A stretch of DNA of 64,000 nt from positions 80,107,628 through 80,171,627 of the forward strand of contig JARFYF010000084.1 of NCBI GenBank assembly GCA_030265395.1, given 5' to 3'. The DNA comes from Rhina ancylostomus (lineage: Eukaryota). Numbering within the stretch: the first letter of the stretch is position 1; each line of letters begins with the position of its first letter. Below the pieces are notes generated by a model. It saw nothing but the letters and a program-made list of their open reading frames with translations. It was not told the origin of the DNA and searched no databases. The position numbers were made by a program, and so were the translations under genes. Below, piece after piece: positions 1 through 12,977 of this stretch.

Positions 1-118
1 GGATGGCTTGCCATCTAAAGAGCTTGCTTTGACCTGGATGGTGTCAGGTTTTGCTAGTGTTGCTGAATTGTATTCCACTACACTCCGGACCTGTGGTTTA
101 TAGATGATGTGGTGGTAG

Positions 119-204
119 CATGAGTTTAATTTAACATCATGGTCAGCACAGACATGTTGGGTTGAAGGGCTGATTCCTGTGCTGTACAGTTCTATGTTTC
201 TATG
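119..204 (+). mobile_element. CR1 3' tail
   Basis: gggttgaagggctgattcctgtgctgtacagttctatgtttctatg, as at 26040-26075. Confidence 0.7.
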
Positions 205-322
205 AAAGGCTTTGGAATATCAAAAGGTGCATCTCTCACCTTAGGTTACCCAGCTTCTGAACAACTGGGGTACAGATGTAAGGATGTTTTACTGCAATCA
301 TAGGTGGCCTTGCTGATGCCAT

Positions 323-413
323 AAACAAGATGCTGGAAGAACTCAGCAGGTCAGACGGCATCTGTGTAGGGAAATGGACGTGTCAACATTTTGGGTTGAG
401 ACCCTTCATCTGA
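323..413 (-). mobile_element. Short Penelope-derived repeat with degenerate hammerhead core
   Basis: The minus strand reads cagatgaagggtctcaacccaaaatgttgac...agatgccgtctgacctgctgagttcttccagcat. Confidence 0.7.
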
Positions 414-424
414 AGTATTATTTC

Positions 425-835
425 CTGACCTCGAGTGCCATCTGTGTGAAGTTTGCACATTCTCCCTGTGACTTGGTGAGTATTCTCCCTCGTTCCAAAG
501 ATGTGCTGATCAGCTAAATGGTTACTGTAATTTACCTTCTAGTTTAGGTAATAGGCAAAGGAATCTTAGGGAACTTGATGGGCATGTGAGAATGAATAAG
601 CCCTAGGGTAATAGGAGAGAAGGGAATAAGGCTAATGGGATTGATCTGGGACCCAGCATGGATTTAATAGTNNNNNNNNNNNNNNNNNNNNNNNNNNNNN
701 NNNNNNNNNNNNNNNNNNNNNNNNNNNNNNNNNNNNNNNNNNNNNNNNNNNNNNNNNNNNNNNNNNNNNNNGAATAAGGCTAATGGGATTGCTCTGGGAC
801 CCAGCATGGATTTAATAGTCTTCTTCTGTGTCATT
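425..835 (+). mobile_element. V-SINE/HE1-type SINE (spans an N gap)
   Basis: tctgtgtgaagtttgcacattctccctgtgac...ttccaaagatgtgctg...tgtaatttacc. Confidence 0.7.
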
Positions 836-1046
836 GTTTGTAAATAAACTGCTTTGATGATGTGTGAGGGATTGGCTGATCATGTTTCTGAACAGTGGTG
901 ACGCTAGGATGTTGATTGTAAGGGAATCAGTGATGATAATATCATTGAATGTCAGTGGTAGGTGATTCACTAACTGTCCCCATTCTAGTGGGGAGCCTTA
1001 TTTGATGGAAGTGTAGGTTGGAGAAATCGTCTACAACATTGTAGTA

Positions 1047-1101
1047 ACACACATAAAATGCTGGAGGAACTCAGCAGGTCAGGCAGCATCTATTGGAGGG
1101 A
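1047..1101 (-). mobile_element. Short Penelope-derived repeat (tail only)
   Basis: aaaatgctggaggaactcagcaggtcaggcagcatct, nearly identical to the arm at 34071. Confidence 0.7.
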
Positions 1102-2973
1102 CGGCAGTTGAGCATGATCGTGTTATTGTGTGATGGTGATCAGAACCTAGAACTGGTTGGCTCCATAACCTGAGCATAGTTACTCAGCGAGGTAAGTAAC
1201 AAAAGCGCAACTTGCACAGGTTGGAGGAATGGGATCAGTATCTTTTAACACAGAAAATGTAATGAGATCTAAACAGACAATGATGGATTTGGAGATTGGT
1301 GGAGTGGGTGACTACAATATATATATCTGGAAGGTGACCCTATGTTGATGGATAATGCTGCCAAGAGCTACATACAGGTGATGAGGAAGAAAGAATCAAA
1401 GGTCATCCTTAGGGAATTTCAGAGGTAATTTTGCACTGTTCAGAAATTGAACTTGCTTGGTGTCAATCCCAAATGATGTGTCAAAGACTTGCTTTTGTAT
1501 CCCATCCCAGAAAGTAAGGTAATAAAAAAGATTAGCAATTTAATGCCTTGAAAATCAGCATGTGTGAAAGGTCTGACACCACACTGCTTGCTATCATCAA
1601 TGAGAAATGTTAAACATACCACAGAAATTTAGGACTGCTATATCACAACACGAGGCTTTTGTTAACATGTTTATTTATGGTTCTACAGAGCCACTGAATT
1701 TGGAAATCTGGAAAGAAAATAATTGAAATTGGGGTCTTTCACCTGCAGGTAGTAATTTATATGTAGAGATTCTTTAAGTCCACTTCTTTTCCAGTTGTTT
1801 GTTTTTTAAATTATTTGTTTGGAAAATGGTCTGCGGTTCCCATCATTCACTATGGCTATAAAGGCTTCACTGTCCTTACTGTTGTAGTAGTTTTTGATGC
1901 TAAAATATTTGAAGTTAAAAGGTGAGGAGAAAACTCTCATTTGGAACACAATGCAAGATACCTCACTCCAGATATTTGAAATTCTCCTTTGCAGAGAATT
2001 CTCTTTCAAATGCCTGAAGTAAACATGTTTTATGAAAGCTGTGATGGTGACCCAGATTTTCCTGCAGATTTAAATTATTCTGACAGCAAATCCATGTTGT
2101 TAAGAGGAAATTCTGAAGCAGGTGACCTGTGCCATCATTTATGGCACTACATATCTTCCTATGCTGCTTTGATGCCCTGAGCGGACTGCCACTTACATTG
2201 CTTTGACCCCTCTGCCACACACAAAAACAATAGCTAATAGAGCATTTCCTTCTGTAAAATACCGCTCAAATCTGGGATTATTCTTCAAGATTGTAGAAAG
2301 TGCTCTTGATGGTCATTAGTCCTTTTCTAGCAGTTCTCAGTGCCATCTCACTATCTTAGCACTGTAAAGAATTCTGATGTTTCAGTCTGAAAGCTTTTGA
2401 AGTCAACAGCATCTAACCAGCAACAGGTTAATCATTAATGTGGGTAATGGGATTAATTTAATGTCTCTAACTCAGAGCAATGAATTCAGTACAGATCAGT
2501 ATTTGTAAAATACATACTAATAAATAGTTGCTTTCTATTCTAATGGGGTAAAATGGAAGGAGTAATGTCTTTAGATTGGCTAGCCTTATATAAAGTAAGG
2601 AATGAGCATTACTTCACCACTGATCAGAAAATCCACACCACTGTTTCATGAATGTTCTTGTCTCTTCTCTCAATGTAATGAGCAAAAGCAAACTGCAGGA
2701 AAAGTACAAAGATTGATATAATCTTATGATTTTTACATCTTTTGCTTTGCTTATATACCCTGCCTAACCTGAGATGTACATTGTAGAAAGCATGATGAAT
2801 CATGCCCACTAGGAAAGTCATTATTACATTTCATAGTGGAATTTGGACTTTATAGTACAAACAACTCCTTGAATACATGTTTTGGTGGAGTGGTAAGGGA
2901 AGGACGGAAACCTGGACAAAGCAGGTAACAGAGAAAGCCTATTTCTACCTCAACACAAATGTAAGGAAAACTT

Positions 2974-3140
2974 AGCATCTGTGGAGAGACAAACAAAGCT
3001 AGTGGTACCGAACTGACAAAGGATCATTGACCTGAAAGGTTAACTCGCCTGCTTAATAGATGCTGCTTGACCTTATGGGTATCCCTGACATTTTTCTGTT
3101 TTTATCTCAGACTTCCAGCATCTCCAGTCTTTTGCTTTCC
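2974..3140 (+). mobile_element. Short Penelope-derived repeat with partial inverted 5' arm
   Basis: agcatctgtggagag (inverted arm), then ctgacaaaggatcattgacctgaaaggttaac...agatgctgcttgacc...ttccagcatctccagtc. Confidence 0.65.
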
Positions 3141-3388
3141 TGTTTCTATCTCGTTATCTCAGTGACTCTTTTTCAGAAGACCTGGGTATGAACTGCACTT
3201 CATTAGCTAGGCTGGCATTTCAGTGCAAAGTTGAGGGGTTGCTGACTAATTTGAATGACGTTCCTCCTCCTCCTGAGAGAAGCTTTTTGAAGTGAAGGTG
3301 AAAGAAGGCACAACAGTCTTCAGGGAAGTAGGGATGTCTTAACATTCAGTGGTCAGCATTTGTCATTTAGTTATCACTGCCAAGCATA

Positions 3389-3391
<3 letters not shown>

Positions 3392-3428
<37 letters not shown>

Positions 3429-3436
3429 CGTGCGTG
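3392..3436. repeat. (GT)n microsatellite with GC/GTGC extension
   Basis: Seen directly in the sequence. Confidence 0.95.
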
Positions 3437-4382
3437 ATCTTGCTGTATGCAGAACAGCAACTAAATTGGTCCATCCGGGCCTGAGGTAGACGGTGCATTG
3501 TGCTGGTCTAAACCCACCAAATGTGAGTAGTTCCAGTCAGATTGATCTCTTATTGACACACTGGCCCCGACAATACCGTGAAGCTGAAACTACTTTGCTA
3601 TGATGCCAAAGGTGATGCGTTAATGTATCCTTAGTGTTAATAAGTGCTCTGTACAATGCAGCATGTTGTATTGGTTGCCTGATGAAATGAATCTCATCGA
3701 TCCAATGTACTAACAGAAAACACTATGCATTCTTTTACCTTCACTTGAAGAAGCCTCTCCTGGGGCGAAGTCACTCAAATTAGTTAGCAGCCCCCCAAAT
3801 TTGCACTGAAGTCCCAGCCTAGATTATGAAATGCAGTTCAAACGCATGATCTTCTTGCAACCTTGACTGAGCATTTTCAGCTTTTTCTCGTTTGTTACAA
3901 GGGTTTCCCTGTTTTTGTTCCTCTTTTATGAAGATGTAACATTCTCACAGACTGGATAAATATTTTGAAATTTGTGAAGTCATCTTACCTAACTTGCGTC
4001 TTCGGTTTACTAATCTTGAGAAACACATTGAGGGAATGAACTAGATTCTTGTATCTTCATGCAACAAGCAATATGTTAATATTTTCTTGAGCTATTTTTC
4101 AGTTGTGAGGTTAAAGGTGAATGACCATTGTGAGTTCTGTTTTATGACTAATCCTCTGTTTGGTTTGACAGTCTCATGATGCATTTTGTTTGCTTTACAA
4201 AGTTCAACTTTTTCTCCCCCTCCAAAAATAATCCTGTTCTGATAAGAAGACCAACTGCGAAGACATCAGTTGAAATTTGGCTTATGCAAAACTACCATGC
4301 CTTCCAGATGCTGAGATGCTGCTGAGGAGTTGACAGGCTCTGATTCATGTTCAGTACAATGAAATAAAGTAGGTTTTATTGC

Positions 4383-5170
4383 AACATAAGAACATATAAG
4401 AAATAATCTTACCAGAGCTGTGTAACATACCTCTCCTCTGTATAGAAACACAGTTGCAATTAAGGCCAACATAATGTTTCCTTTCCTAATTGTTTGTTGT
4501 TACCTGCATATTAACTTCTAATGATGCATGCATAAGGAATATCAACACCTTTGAATTTCACACCATTTTGAAAAATATTCCATATTTTTGTTCTACCAAA
4601 CTGGAGGGCTTCACATTTTATTCTATATGCCATGTTCTCTTCTCAATCTAGTTCAGGGTCCAGACTGCTACACAAATTTGTATCATCAGCAAACTTAGAT
4701 ATATTATACATCATCCCATCATTGAGCTCATCGATATTGATTATGAACAGCAGAGGTCCAGCACAGATCCTTATAGCCACCAGCTAGTCACACCCTCCCA
4801 ACCCAAAAACTAGGTGCTTATTTCTACTTGTTATTATCTGCCTGTTTACCAATCCACATCACTCCATTACTCCAAAACGATGCATTCAAATTTTGTTTAA
4901 TAACCTCTGGTGTGGCATATTATTCAAAGACCTGCTGACTGTCTAAGTATTCACATTAACTGGTTTGCCCATATTCTGCAAATTACAACATCCAGAAACC
5001 AACCCTTTTGTTCATCCATGTTAACTTTTCTCAGTCCTATTGCTATTTTACTAAATGCCCTGTTATCACATCCTTAATAATAGATTTAAGCAATTTTCTG
5101 ACTACAAATGCTTGATTAACTATAGTTTTTTTCTCTCTCCTGCTTTCCTTAAATAGTGTGATTAAATTTT
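4383..5170 (-). mobile_element. Old CR1 LINE fragment
   Basis: Tail repeat aacataagaacat. The minus strand of ~4675-4695 encodes KFADDTN (RT catalytic motif). Confidence 0.7.
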
Positions 5171-5559
5171 CCCTCCTTGTTAGCTGTTGGAACTATTCTC
5201 TTTATTTGTTCCTTTGCAGTGTAATCTTTGTCTCGTAAGTTTATAGTCCATCCTGACTACATAACTTGATGATTCTGCTATTGAGATGCAACATTTTTCT
5301 GCTCAATGCCTTCCTATCAGTGCTAAACAATGAAGGGATTAATGACTACTTTCTGTGCACTAAAATTCTGATTTTCAACAGTCAGATATTAACTGAACTT
5401 TTCTCTCTTGTGCTTACTTTCAACGCTTGAATGCTAGTGGCACCTAACTTGTGTGCCAGGATTTTGGAATAACTTATTAAATTCATTCTTGGGAGCTGCT
5501 ACTATAATTTAAACCTCTATTTTCAGTTGGGAAGGCAAAGCACACAAAGGAAAAAAATA

Positions 5560-6130
5560 GTTAAATCAAGGTGTCGAGGTAAACACTTCTTAAAGGGAAT
5601 AGAGGTTTCTTGCGTGAAGGTAAGCCATGTTGAACCAGCTGGGCCACAGTTTGAGAATTGCATCCAATTTTTGTTACCTAATTTGAGAAAGATATGAACG
5701 TCCTAGAGAAAGGGCAGAAAATTTTGCTGGAATAGTTCCAGGAGCTCTATAGTTACAATAAATGCTGAATTGATGTTAGGGCAAAGGAGGTTAAGAGGAG
5801 ACTTGATAGAGTTGTACACAATCATGATGGGTTGTGATAGGGAGGATGGAGGGAAACTGGTCCCATTAGTAAATAATTCAAAGGCAAGTTCATGTAGTTT
5901 TAAAGATTTGGGGGAAAATACATGGAGTAGAATTATGAGCTTCGCTTTGCTTTCTGCACAGATGGTGGAAAACAGAATTGATTAGGGCTTTCAGGAGAGA
6001 ATTGGATGTGCATTTGAGGAAACATAATTTGCAGGGCTTAGAGGAACAAGCAGGGAATGGGACTTGGTGGGATTGCTTTACCATGAGCTGTTAGAGACTT
6101 GAGTCGAAATGCTGCCTTTGGTTCTGGAAT
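5560..6130 (+). mobile_element. Old CR1 LINE 3' fragment
   Basis: ORF 5770 QRRLRGDLIELYTIM; tail gagtcgaaatgctgcct. Confidence 0.72.
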
Positions 6131-8154
6131 GGGTGGAAAGTGCAGCACTAAATCTTTAACAACAAAAGAAAATCAAACTCTTAGTCAATTTGTATTAATA
6201 CTTTCTACTCGGAAGAACAACTGTGAGATGGTAACTTCGGGCAGGAAGTGCTGCAACAATCTGATTATTGATGTTTGCACCCCTTATGGCACCACACAAG
6301 TTTTTAAAAAATGGATATTTTGACAGATATATCATCTGCGGTGTGCGGTTTGAGGGCACATGCAACATGGGAAGAGGTTCTTTTACACAGTATGGTGAGA
6401 TTGTGAAATACTTCTTGCTGATTAGAAATTGTAGCATTAAAGACTACATTAGTTGGCTGAAGGATAGAGAAAAAAATGGCAGATGGGATCAGTGGCAGGC
6501 GAGATGAGTTAAGGCTAACTCTTGTGTAGCTACTAAGCACCAGTGGAGTGAACTGGTTTTCGAATTTCAGTGTGATTAGTCCATTGTCTCAACTTTAGTC
6601 CTTGGAGCAGTTGTATTTAAAGCAGTCTGTCAGCATGGTATTTGTGAAAGTATGGAAGTGTAATGGGTGTAAGTGTTACATTACAACAGGGATACGAATT
6701 TGTTAATAGAAAATGTGTGATTGGAGGATGCAAATCTTACAACTTGGAAACGAGATCAGTTTTGTTTGGAACTCTTGATAAGTGGTGAGAAAATTGTGCC
6801 AGGGAAATTGATAAATCAGTGTTCTATTCAGACATTAAATGCCAAAACCTTGAAGTTTTTTCAGCTTCAATTTTATTTTATGCACAGAAGTCCAGTTACA
6901 TTTTTGTCCACATTCTGCAGATAGTTTTCCTCGATAGTGTATCATTGGTGGTAAGTTTTTGTCTATTGAAGAGAAGAGGGGTGGTATGTGAAGGAAATCA
7001 CGGAATTAATATAAATCATTAAGGCACATAAATTCATTGGACCCATAAAGTCCATGCCAGCTCTCACATAATCTTGTTAATCTTATTCATCATAGCACTA
7101 CAAGTTATTTTCCCTTGAGTGCTTGTCCAATTGCCCCATTTTGAACCTCTCTTTATTAGCAGGTATAACAATAAGTGCTAATAGCTATTAGTCACATGTA
7201 TCCCTTACACAACTGACTACTTAAAATACAGCATCAACTGTATTGACTTGAATTGTTAGCAGTTTGAAGTGTGAATACTGCAGCGGGAATGTGCCCTGGC
7301 CAACATCTCAACCAAATTCACCGAAGCAGATTATCTATCCTTTTTTTCTCAATGGAATCTGTGTTTGTAATTGCCAGTTGTTAACGCCCTTTAGCTCGGT
7401 TTCAATTTTACAATAATTATGTTTTATCTGTGTTTTGGTTTTTAAGATGGCCAAGTTAGTCAAAATAATGGTGGTTTACATACTTTTCAATCTGGACTAT
7501 TGCCACCAACAGAAATGNNNNNNNNNNNNNNNNNNNNNNNNNNNNNNNNNNNNNNNNNNNNNNNNNNNNNNNNNNNNNNNNNNNNNNNNNNNNNNNNNNN
7601 NNNNNNNNNNNNNNNNNAGGTCTTTATAAAAGACCTCTCGAAGAGATCGTTGGACTTTGTTTTATCTATATGTTATTGTATGGTTATTTAAGATTTGAGT
7701 GATAACCAGACCTCTTTGTAAGATATGTACAAACTTTGATGCCATATACAATTTGTATTGATTTGAAACCATTAAAAAAAGATTGAAAAAGAAAGAAAGA
7801 AGTCTATGGCATCTCACTGATGTATGTTGAATCTTACCATGCATTTACAGAGCCCTGTTTCTTCTATTACAACTACAATTCAAGAATGAATTGCTGCCTT
7901 ATATACCCAAATCATGATGTGGCTGTTACTGGAAAGACCATTATCACAATCTTGAAATTCCCCTAGGTTTAGTGAGTGCCTTCTTAAACCCTTGCTCCAC
8001 AAGTGGTGTTAGGTCAGAAGTTCCAGAATTGTGATGCAAACACAATGATGAGTGTATTCAAAGCCAGGATCATGCATGACCTTGGTGGGATCTTGCAGAT
8101 GCTGGTTGCCCCATGCTGTTATATTCTTCCAGACCCACGAGTTTTGGAGAGAAA

Positions 8155-8266
8155 GTAAAACAATGCAAATGCTGGAAATCTAAAAATAGGTAAGGTTGGG
8201 AAAAACTCAGCGGGTCCCATCATATCTATAAAGCTCATGTTTCAGGTTCGTGACCTTTCATCAGAG
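8155..8266 (-). mobile_element. Short Penelope-derived repeat with intact hammerhead core boxes
   Basis: The minus strand of 8239-8264 reads CTGATGA-A-AGGT-CACGA-ACCT-GAAAC, followed by the family tail (ccgctgagtttttc...atttccagcatttgca). Confidence 0.7.
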
Positions 8267-10604
8267 AAGGGATGTGGAATAGGCAAAGGATAATAAGCAG
8301 TGAATTGGGGATTTGATGGGATAATCAGAAGCTTACTTGAACAGTTGGATTTTCTGAAGGTTTTTCAAAGCAGTGAGAGGAAAAAAGCTCAAAAGTGCAT
8401 GACACATTTTTAATTCGTACTAAAAAGATGATCAGAAAGAAAAAAATAAGCTTTCTTTTCAATGGAAAGAAAATATTTTCTTAGGAATTTCTCAGAATCC
8501 TGACTCAGTTCTATTACCTTCTATCTGTCAGCATCCCATCATAACAACATTTTCCATGAAATCCCTAGATCTCCACCTCTCCTTCCCAATCCCCTCCCTC
8601 CAGCAGGTGCCAATCTGCTGATGGCTCAACTCCAGCTCACCCTGAGGCTCCTTTCATTTCTCTAATTCCTGCTCAGTGGAGCTCTGACCTTTAATGCTGT
8701 AATACTATTTCATGGGTGACATTTGAATCAGTTAACAATGAAATGTGGTAAACTGGGATGGACTGCACATGGGCTCATTTTAACAGGATATATAACTACT
8801 GTTGTAGCTCAGCACTGCAGATGTTTCATTTTTTTTGATGGGACAGGGTAAGCAAGGCAAATAATGAGACTCCAATGGGACATGTTATTTGTATTCCTTC
8901 TAACATCATGAGCTGTATTTTCCAAGTTAAAAAATATCTGTCAAGCTTCTAATCACCCTTGAGGCATTATCATTTATTCTTTTGATTGTGTATTCTGAAT
9001 GCAGTTCCACAGATGAAATGTAGGCATTACAAAGCCCATCATGAGACACAAATATTGCTACAATATTCCTAGAATGCTTCACCCATTAACATGAAGAGTT
9101 TCTTTACAAGAAGGACTGAAGTAGTTCAAGGTGTGGCACTTTCCTAAGGGTACTCAGGACCAGCAATAGATGCTGGCCCTGCCAATGATGTCTCTATTCT
9201 TTTAATATATTTTTTTAGAGATTTAGTTGGAGCCAAGGCCCCTCATTGTGTTTGTATGTTGATGGCAGGCCACCTTCTCATCCCATCTTGGATCCTTTCT
9301 GGTTCCTCATTTTTTTTTATTTTCCTACTTTTGACGAGGAGCATGGATTCGGAACCAGGTGAAAGGGCCATGTGACAAACTCATATTGCAAGTTGGTGCA
9401 TTATGACACCTAAATACAGAAAACATGGTTTCACTGAGCCCGAGAAGCAGCCAGGTCCCAGATCACAATTCCATCGAGTTTATAGTTTGTCTTGGTCGTC
9501 AAACTGTGCTGTGTACACTGGGGTTCATGCTTCAATTAATCAGCAGTAGAGGCCAGGCAGGAGCCAATCTTGAACAAAAATCAAACATTTTAAAGCATTC
9601 CAAAGGTTGTGCAGAATAAGGGGGAAAAATGCATTGATCAGAAATATTGAAATTATATTTTGTGGAATAAAGTAGCCATTCATAAAATAGCAAATGTTGG
9701 TAAGTCGGTGTTCCAAACTGTCTCTTGGAAATGTTAGTATTTATTATGAACCAGTTCAGGGTTATTGGAGCAACCATATTCCTTTCTTTACTTTTTTGTA
9801 CAGACTATTTCTTATTTTCTTTTTTTAGTTACGTACTAGTGAATTGCCATAGCACTACAGCAGAATCCAAAGAACTGAAATTCATCTTGCCATGGTGATT
9901 GGTGATGGAAAAAGATATTGTCGTAGTGAATCTAATAATTATCACCTAGCTTTTGGTAAAGTAGCTCTTTTGGTTCTTTTTGTTAACTTACCTCTGGAAG
10001 TTTGTAGACTGTTAACTTGTGTAGGTATACTCACCATCTTCACTTCCCAATTCAAATAACTGGTGAAAACCTTTGTCAANNNNNNNNNNNNNNNNNNNNN
10101 NNNNNNNNNNNNNNNNNNNNNNNNNNNNNNNNNNNNNNNNNNNNNNNNNNNNNNNNNNNNNNNNNNNNNNNNNNNNNNNTTGTCAATAATACGATTGTAA
10201 TTCAAAGCCCTACTGAACACCAGACACACACCCTACAAATTTTACTTCTGTATAGAATGGAAACTATGACTTTAACTCTTGATTCCTTTGTACTTGCTTT
10301 TCTGGCTTGAACTCACCCTGCTGTACTAGAATTGGCCTGTTTCCACTGATGTGGCCCAGCTGACTAACTTTTTAACTTTTGGTTTGCTGATAAAACTGAA
10401 TATTAGCCACGGTAAATTGAGTTCTGTTTTGAGCACAAATATTTATAGTATGAATTTCACTGACAAGCTCCTTTTATGAGGTTCAAGTTTCAAGGTTTGT
10501 TTTTAGGAAGGATTGACATGGCTCTTGCAGTGCCCCAGTCCACTGATCGGCCTCTGTTGCAAATTATAAACAGTCAAGTTTTTCTGTGCCTATACTAATG
10601 ACTT

Positions 10605-11712
10605 CACGACAACTTCAAGAGTGTGTTATCAAACACTACCAGCTTGTTTCCTGTCCCGCCAGGGGCCCAAACACCCTTGACTATTGCGACACAACCATCA
10701 AAGGTGCCTACCAATCACCTCCCCAACTCACACTTTAGTAAGTCAGACCACCAGGCTGTGCTCCTTCTCCCTGCATACAAACAGAAGCTGAAATGGGAGG
10801 ATCCAGTACAGAAAAGTCGTACAGTGCTGGTCTCAGGAAATAGATGAGCTTCTCTCTGACTGCTTTGAGTCAGCAGACTGGTCCATGTTCAAAGACTCAG
10901 CTGCCAGCCTAGATGAATACGTCACCATCATCGTGGACTCCATCAGCAAGTGTGTTGAGGACTGTGTACCAAAGAGGACAATCTGGGTGTTCCCAAACCG
11001 GAAACCATGGATGAACCAGGAAATCCACTCCCTACTGAAGTCCAGGACTACAGCATTCAAATCAGGTGACCCTTACTAATACAAGGAATCGAGATACAAC
11101 CTCCGTAAGCTATCAGGAATGCCAAGAGACAATACCAGTCCAAAACTGAGTCCTAGACCAGGCGTCAGTTGTGGCAGGGTTTACATGCTATAACGGGCTG
11201 CAAACCAAAGTCAGGCAGCATCGCCAACAACAGCGCATCCCTTCCTGATGAGCTTAACACATTCTATGCATGTTTTGAACAGAAGGGGAGTGGTATGTTA
11301 CCACCCACCCCAACAGCTTCCAATGCACCTGAACCCACAGTCACAGTTGCAGACATAAGATCAGTCTTCCAGAGAGTGAACCTGCGGAAAGCTTGTGGCA
11401 CACATGGTGTTCCTGGCCACATCCTCAGATCCTGCTCAGATCAGCTAGCGGAGGTATTTGCAGACATTTTTAACCTCTCACTGCTTCAATGTAAGGTTCC
11501 CACCTGCTTTAAGAAGACCACTATCATCCCCGTACCTAAGAAAAACAAGGTAATGTGCCTTAATGACTACCACCCAGTGGCCCTGACAGCCACCATCAAG
11601 AAGTGCTTCGCGAGGCTGGTCGTGGCACGCATTAACTCCAGCCTTCCAGACAACTTCCAACCACTGCAATTTGCCTACCGCTGAAACAGGTCTATGGTAG
11701 GTGCCATCTCCC
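10605..11712 (+). mobile_element. Rex1/Babar-type LINE: end of AP-endonuclease, linker and RT N-terminus, frameshifted and truncated by an N gap
   Basis: Peptides HFSKSDHQAVLLLPAYKQKLK, PNRKPWMN, WQGLHAITG, SLPDELNTFYACFE, IFNLSLLQCKVPTCFKKTTIIPVPKK, CLNDYHPVALT and PLQFAYR in ORFs 10623, 10885 and 11169. Confidence 0.9.
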
Positions 11713-12977
11713 NNNNNNNNNNNNNNNNNNNNNNNNNNNNNNNNNNNNNNNNNNNNNNNNNNNNNNNNNNNNNNNNNNNNNNNNNNNNNNNNNNNNNNNN
11801 NNNNNNNNNNNNCTGCCTAGGTATATGCGGGCTGGTGGTGGCCACAGGCTGAATCCAACTTAGTTCAAATAAATATGTTTTGGCTGATGACCCGTCAGAC
11901 AGAACAGCTTTGGTGAAGGCCCCAGTTGCAGAAAATCTTGCTGTGCCCTTCCAGCCCTTTTATTTCAAGTTTGTAGCACCGATGCAAACGTTAGGTATAA
12001 CTTGGTACTGCAGCCCACTCAAACAAGAAGTGATTCTAGAAACAAGGCTAACACATTTAAAGGTTTATTTTAACTGCCCCATAATACAAAACGGTCTGGT
12101 TGCAAAAACCGCTCTTGCCCTTGTTCTGTCCTCAAAGGAAAGAATTATTTCATTGCTCGGAGAGTACTCAAAGGCATTCTCACTGCGTCACGTTACGATT
12201 ATCAGACTGTGCAGCATCCAGCTATTTCAGCCTTTGATGCATGTTAGCAGATGCCTGCTTAATCCACAGACAAGGCTCATTAGCTGCAATAAATTAAAAG
12301 CTGAATAATTCCAGCATTATGCTTTATAGAGCTTTACAGCAATTTCCTCAACATGTACAAAGGCGTATTTTACTTTTATTTATTGGCAACAGGAGCTTTT
12401 GTGTTCAAAGTTGTAAAGAAGATCATTTGAAAAGTAAGAGATCCTGGGCATGGCAAAGGCTTGCTTAATCCATTTTGAAGATGGACTAAGTCTCAACTTC
12501 CAAAACAGGTGGGTTTAAACTGCATGTAACCTCAAACAAACCCAACTTGAACCCACTATTTTACTCTTATAACAGAAGCACAAAGAGCATGTGGCTAATC
12601 TACTGTCTGCCCGCTATTTAACTGTTATGAAGAGTCTACCTTCCTTTATTATAATAGCTGTTCTATTTTTAACTTGTGGCATCTGAGGTTCACAAGCCTT
12701 GAGGACAGGTGAGAATGGATGAATCCAGGATGTGAGTATTTTTATGGCACAGTTTGTGGGTCAGGGAAACAAAAGCGGAATCATTTCATGGAATCATAGG
12801 ACTGTTATGGCTCAGAAGGAGGTCATTGAGCTCACTGAGTTAGCACCAGCTCTCAGAGGAGTGATTCAGCCAGCCCCATAGCTTGCTCCTTCTCTATTGT
12901 CTTGAAAGTTATTTTCTCCAGACCCCACATGCTGCCCCATTGTTCTCTCCCACCACTGCATCTCCTCCTGTGCCCCC

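Noticed and set aside
624-817. Direct duplications flanking 100-N gaps (624-671/772-817; also around 35655, 36610, 45561, 50824)
   Set aside because: Identical or near-identical sequence on both sides of fixed-length gaps indicates unmerged overlapping contig ends, an assembly artefact rather than biological tandem duplication.
11880-12308. 142-aa ORF (and other 60-180 aa ORFs such as 14242, 20240, 36857, 58482)
   Set aside because: No recognisable domain or supported splice structure, often a non-ATG start. These are expected by chance or overlap TE remnants in the wrong frame.
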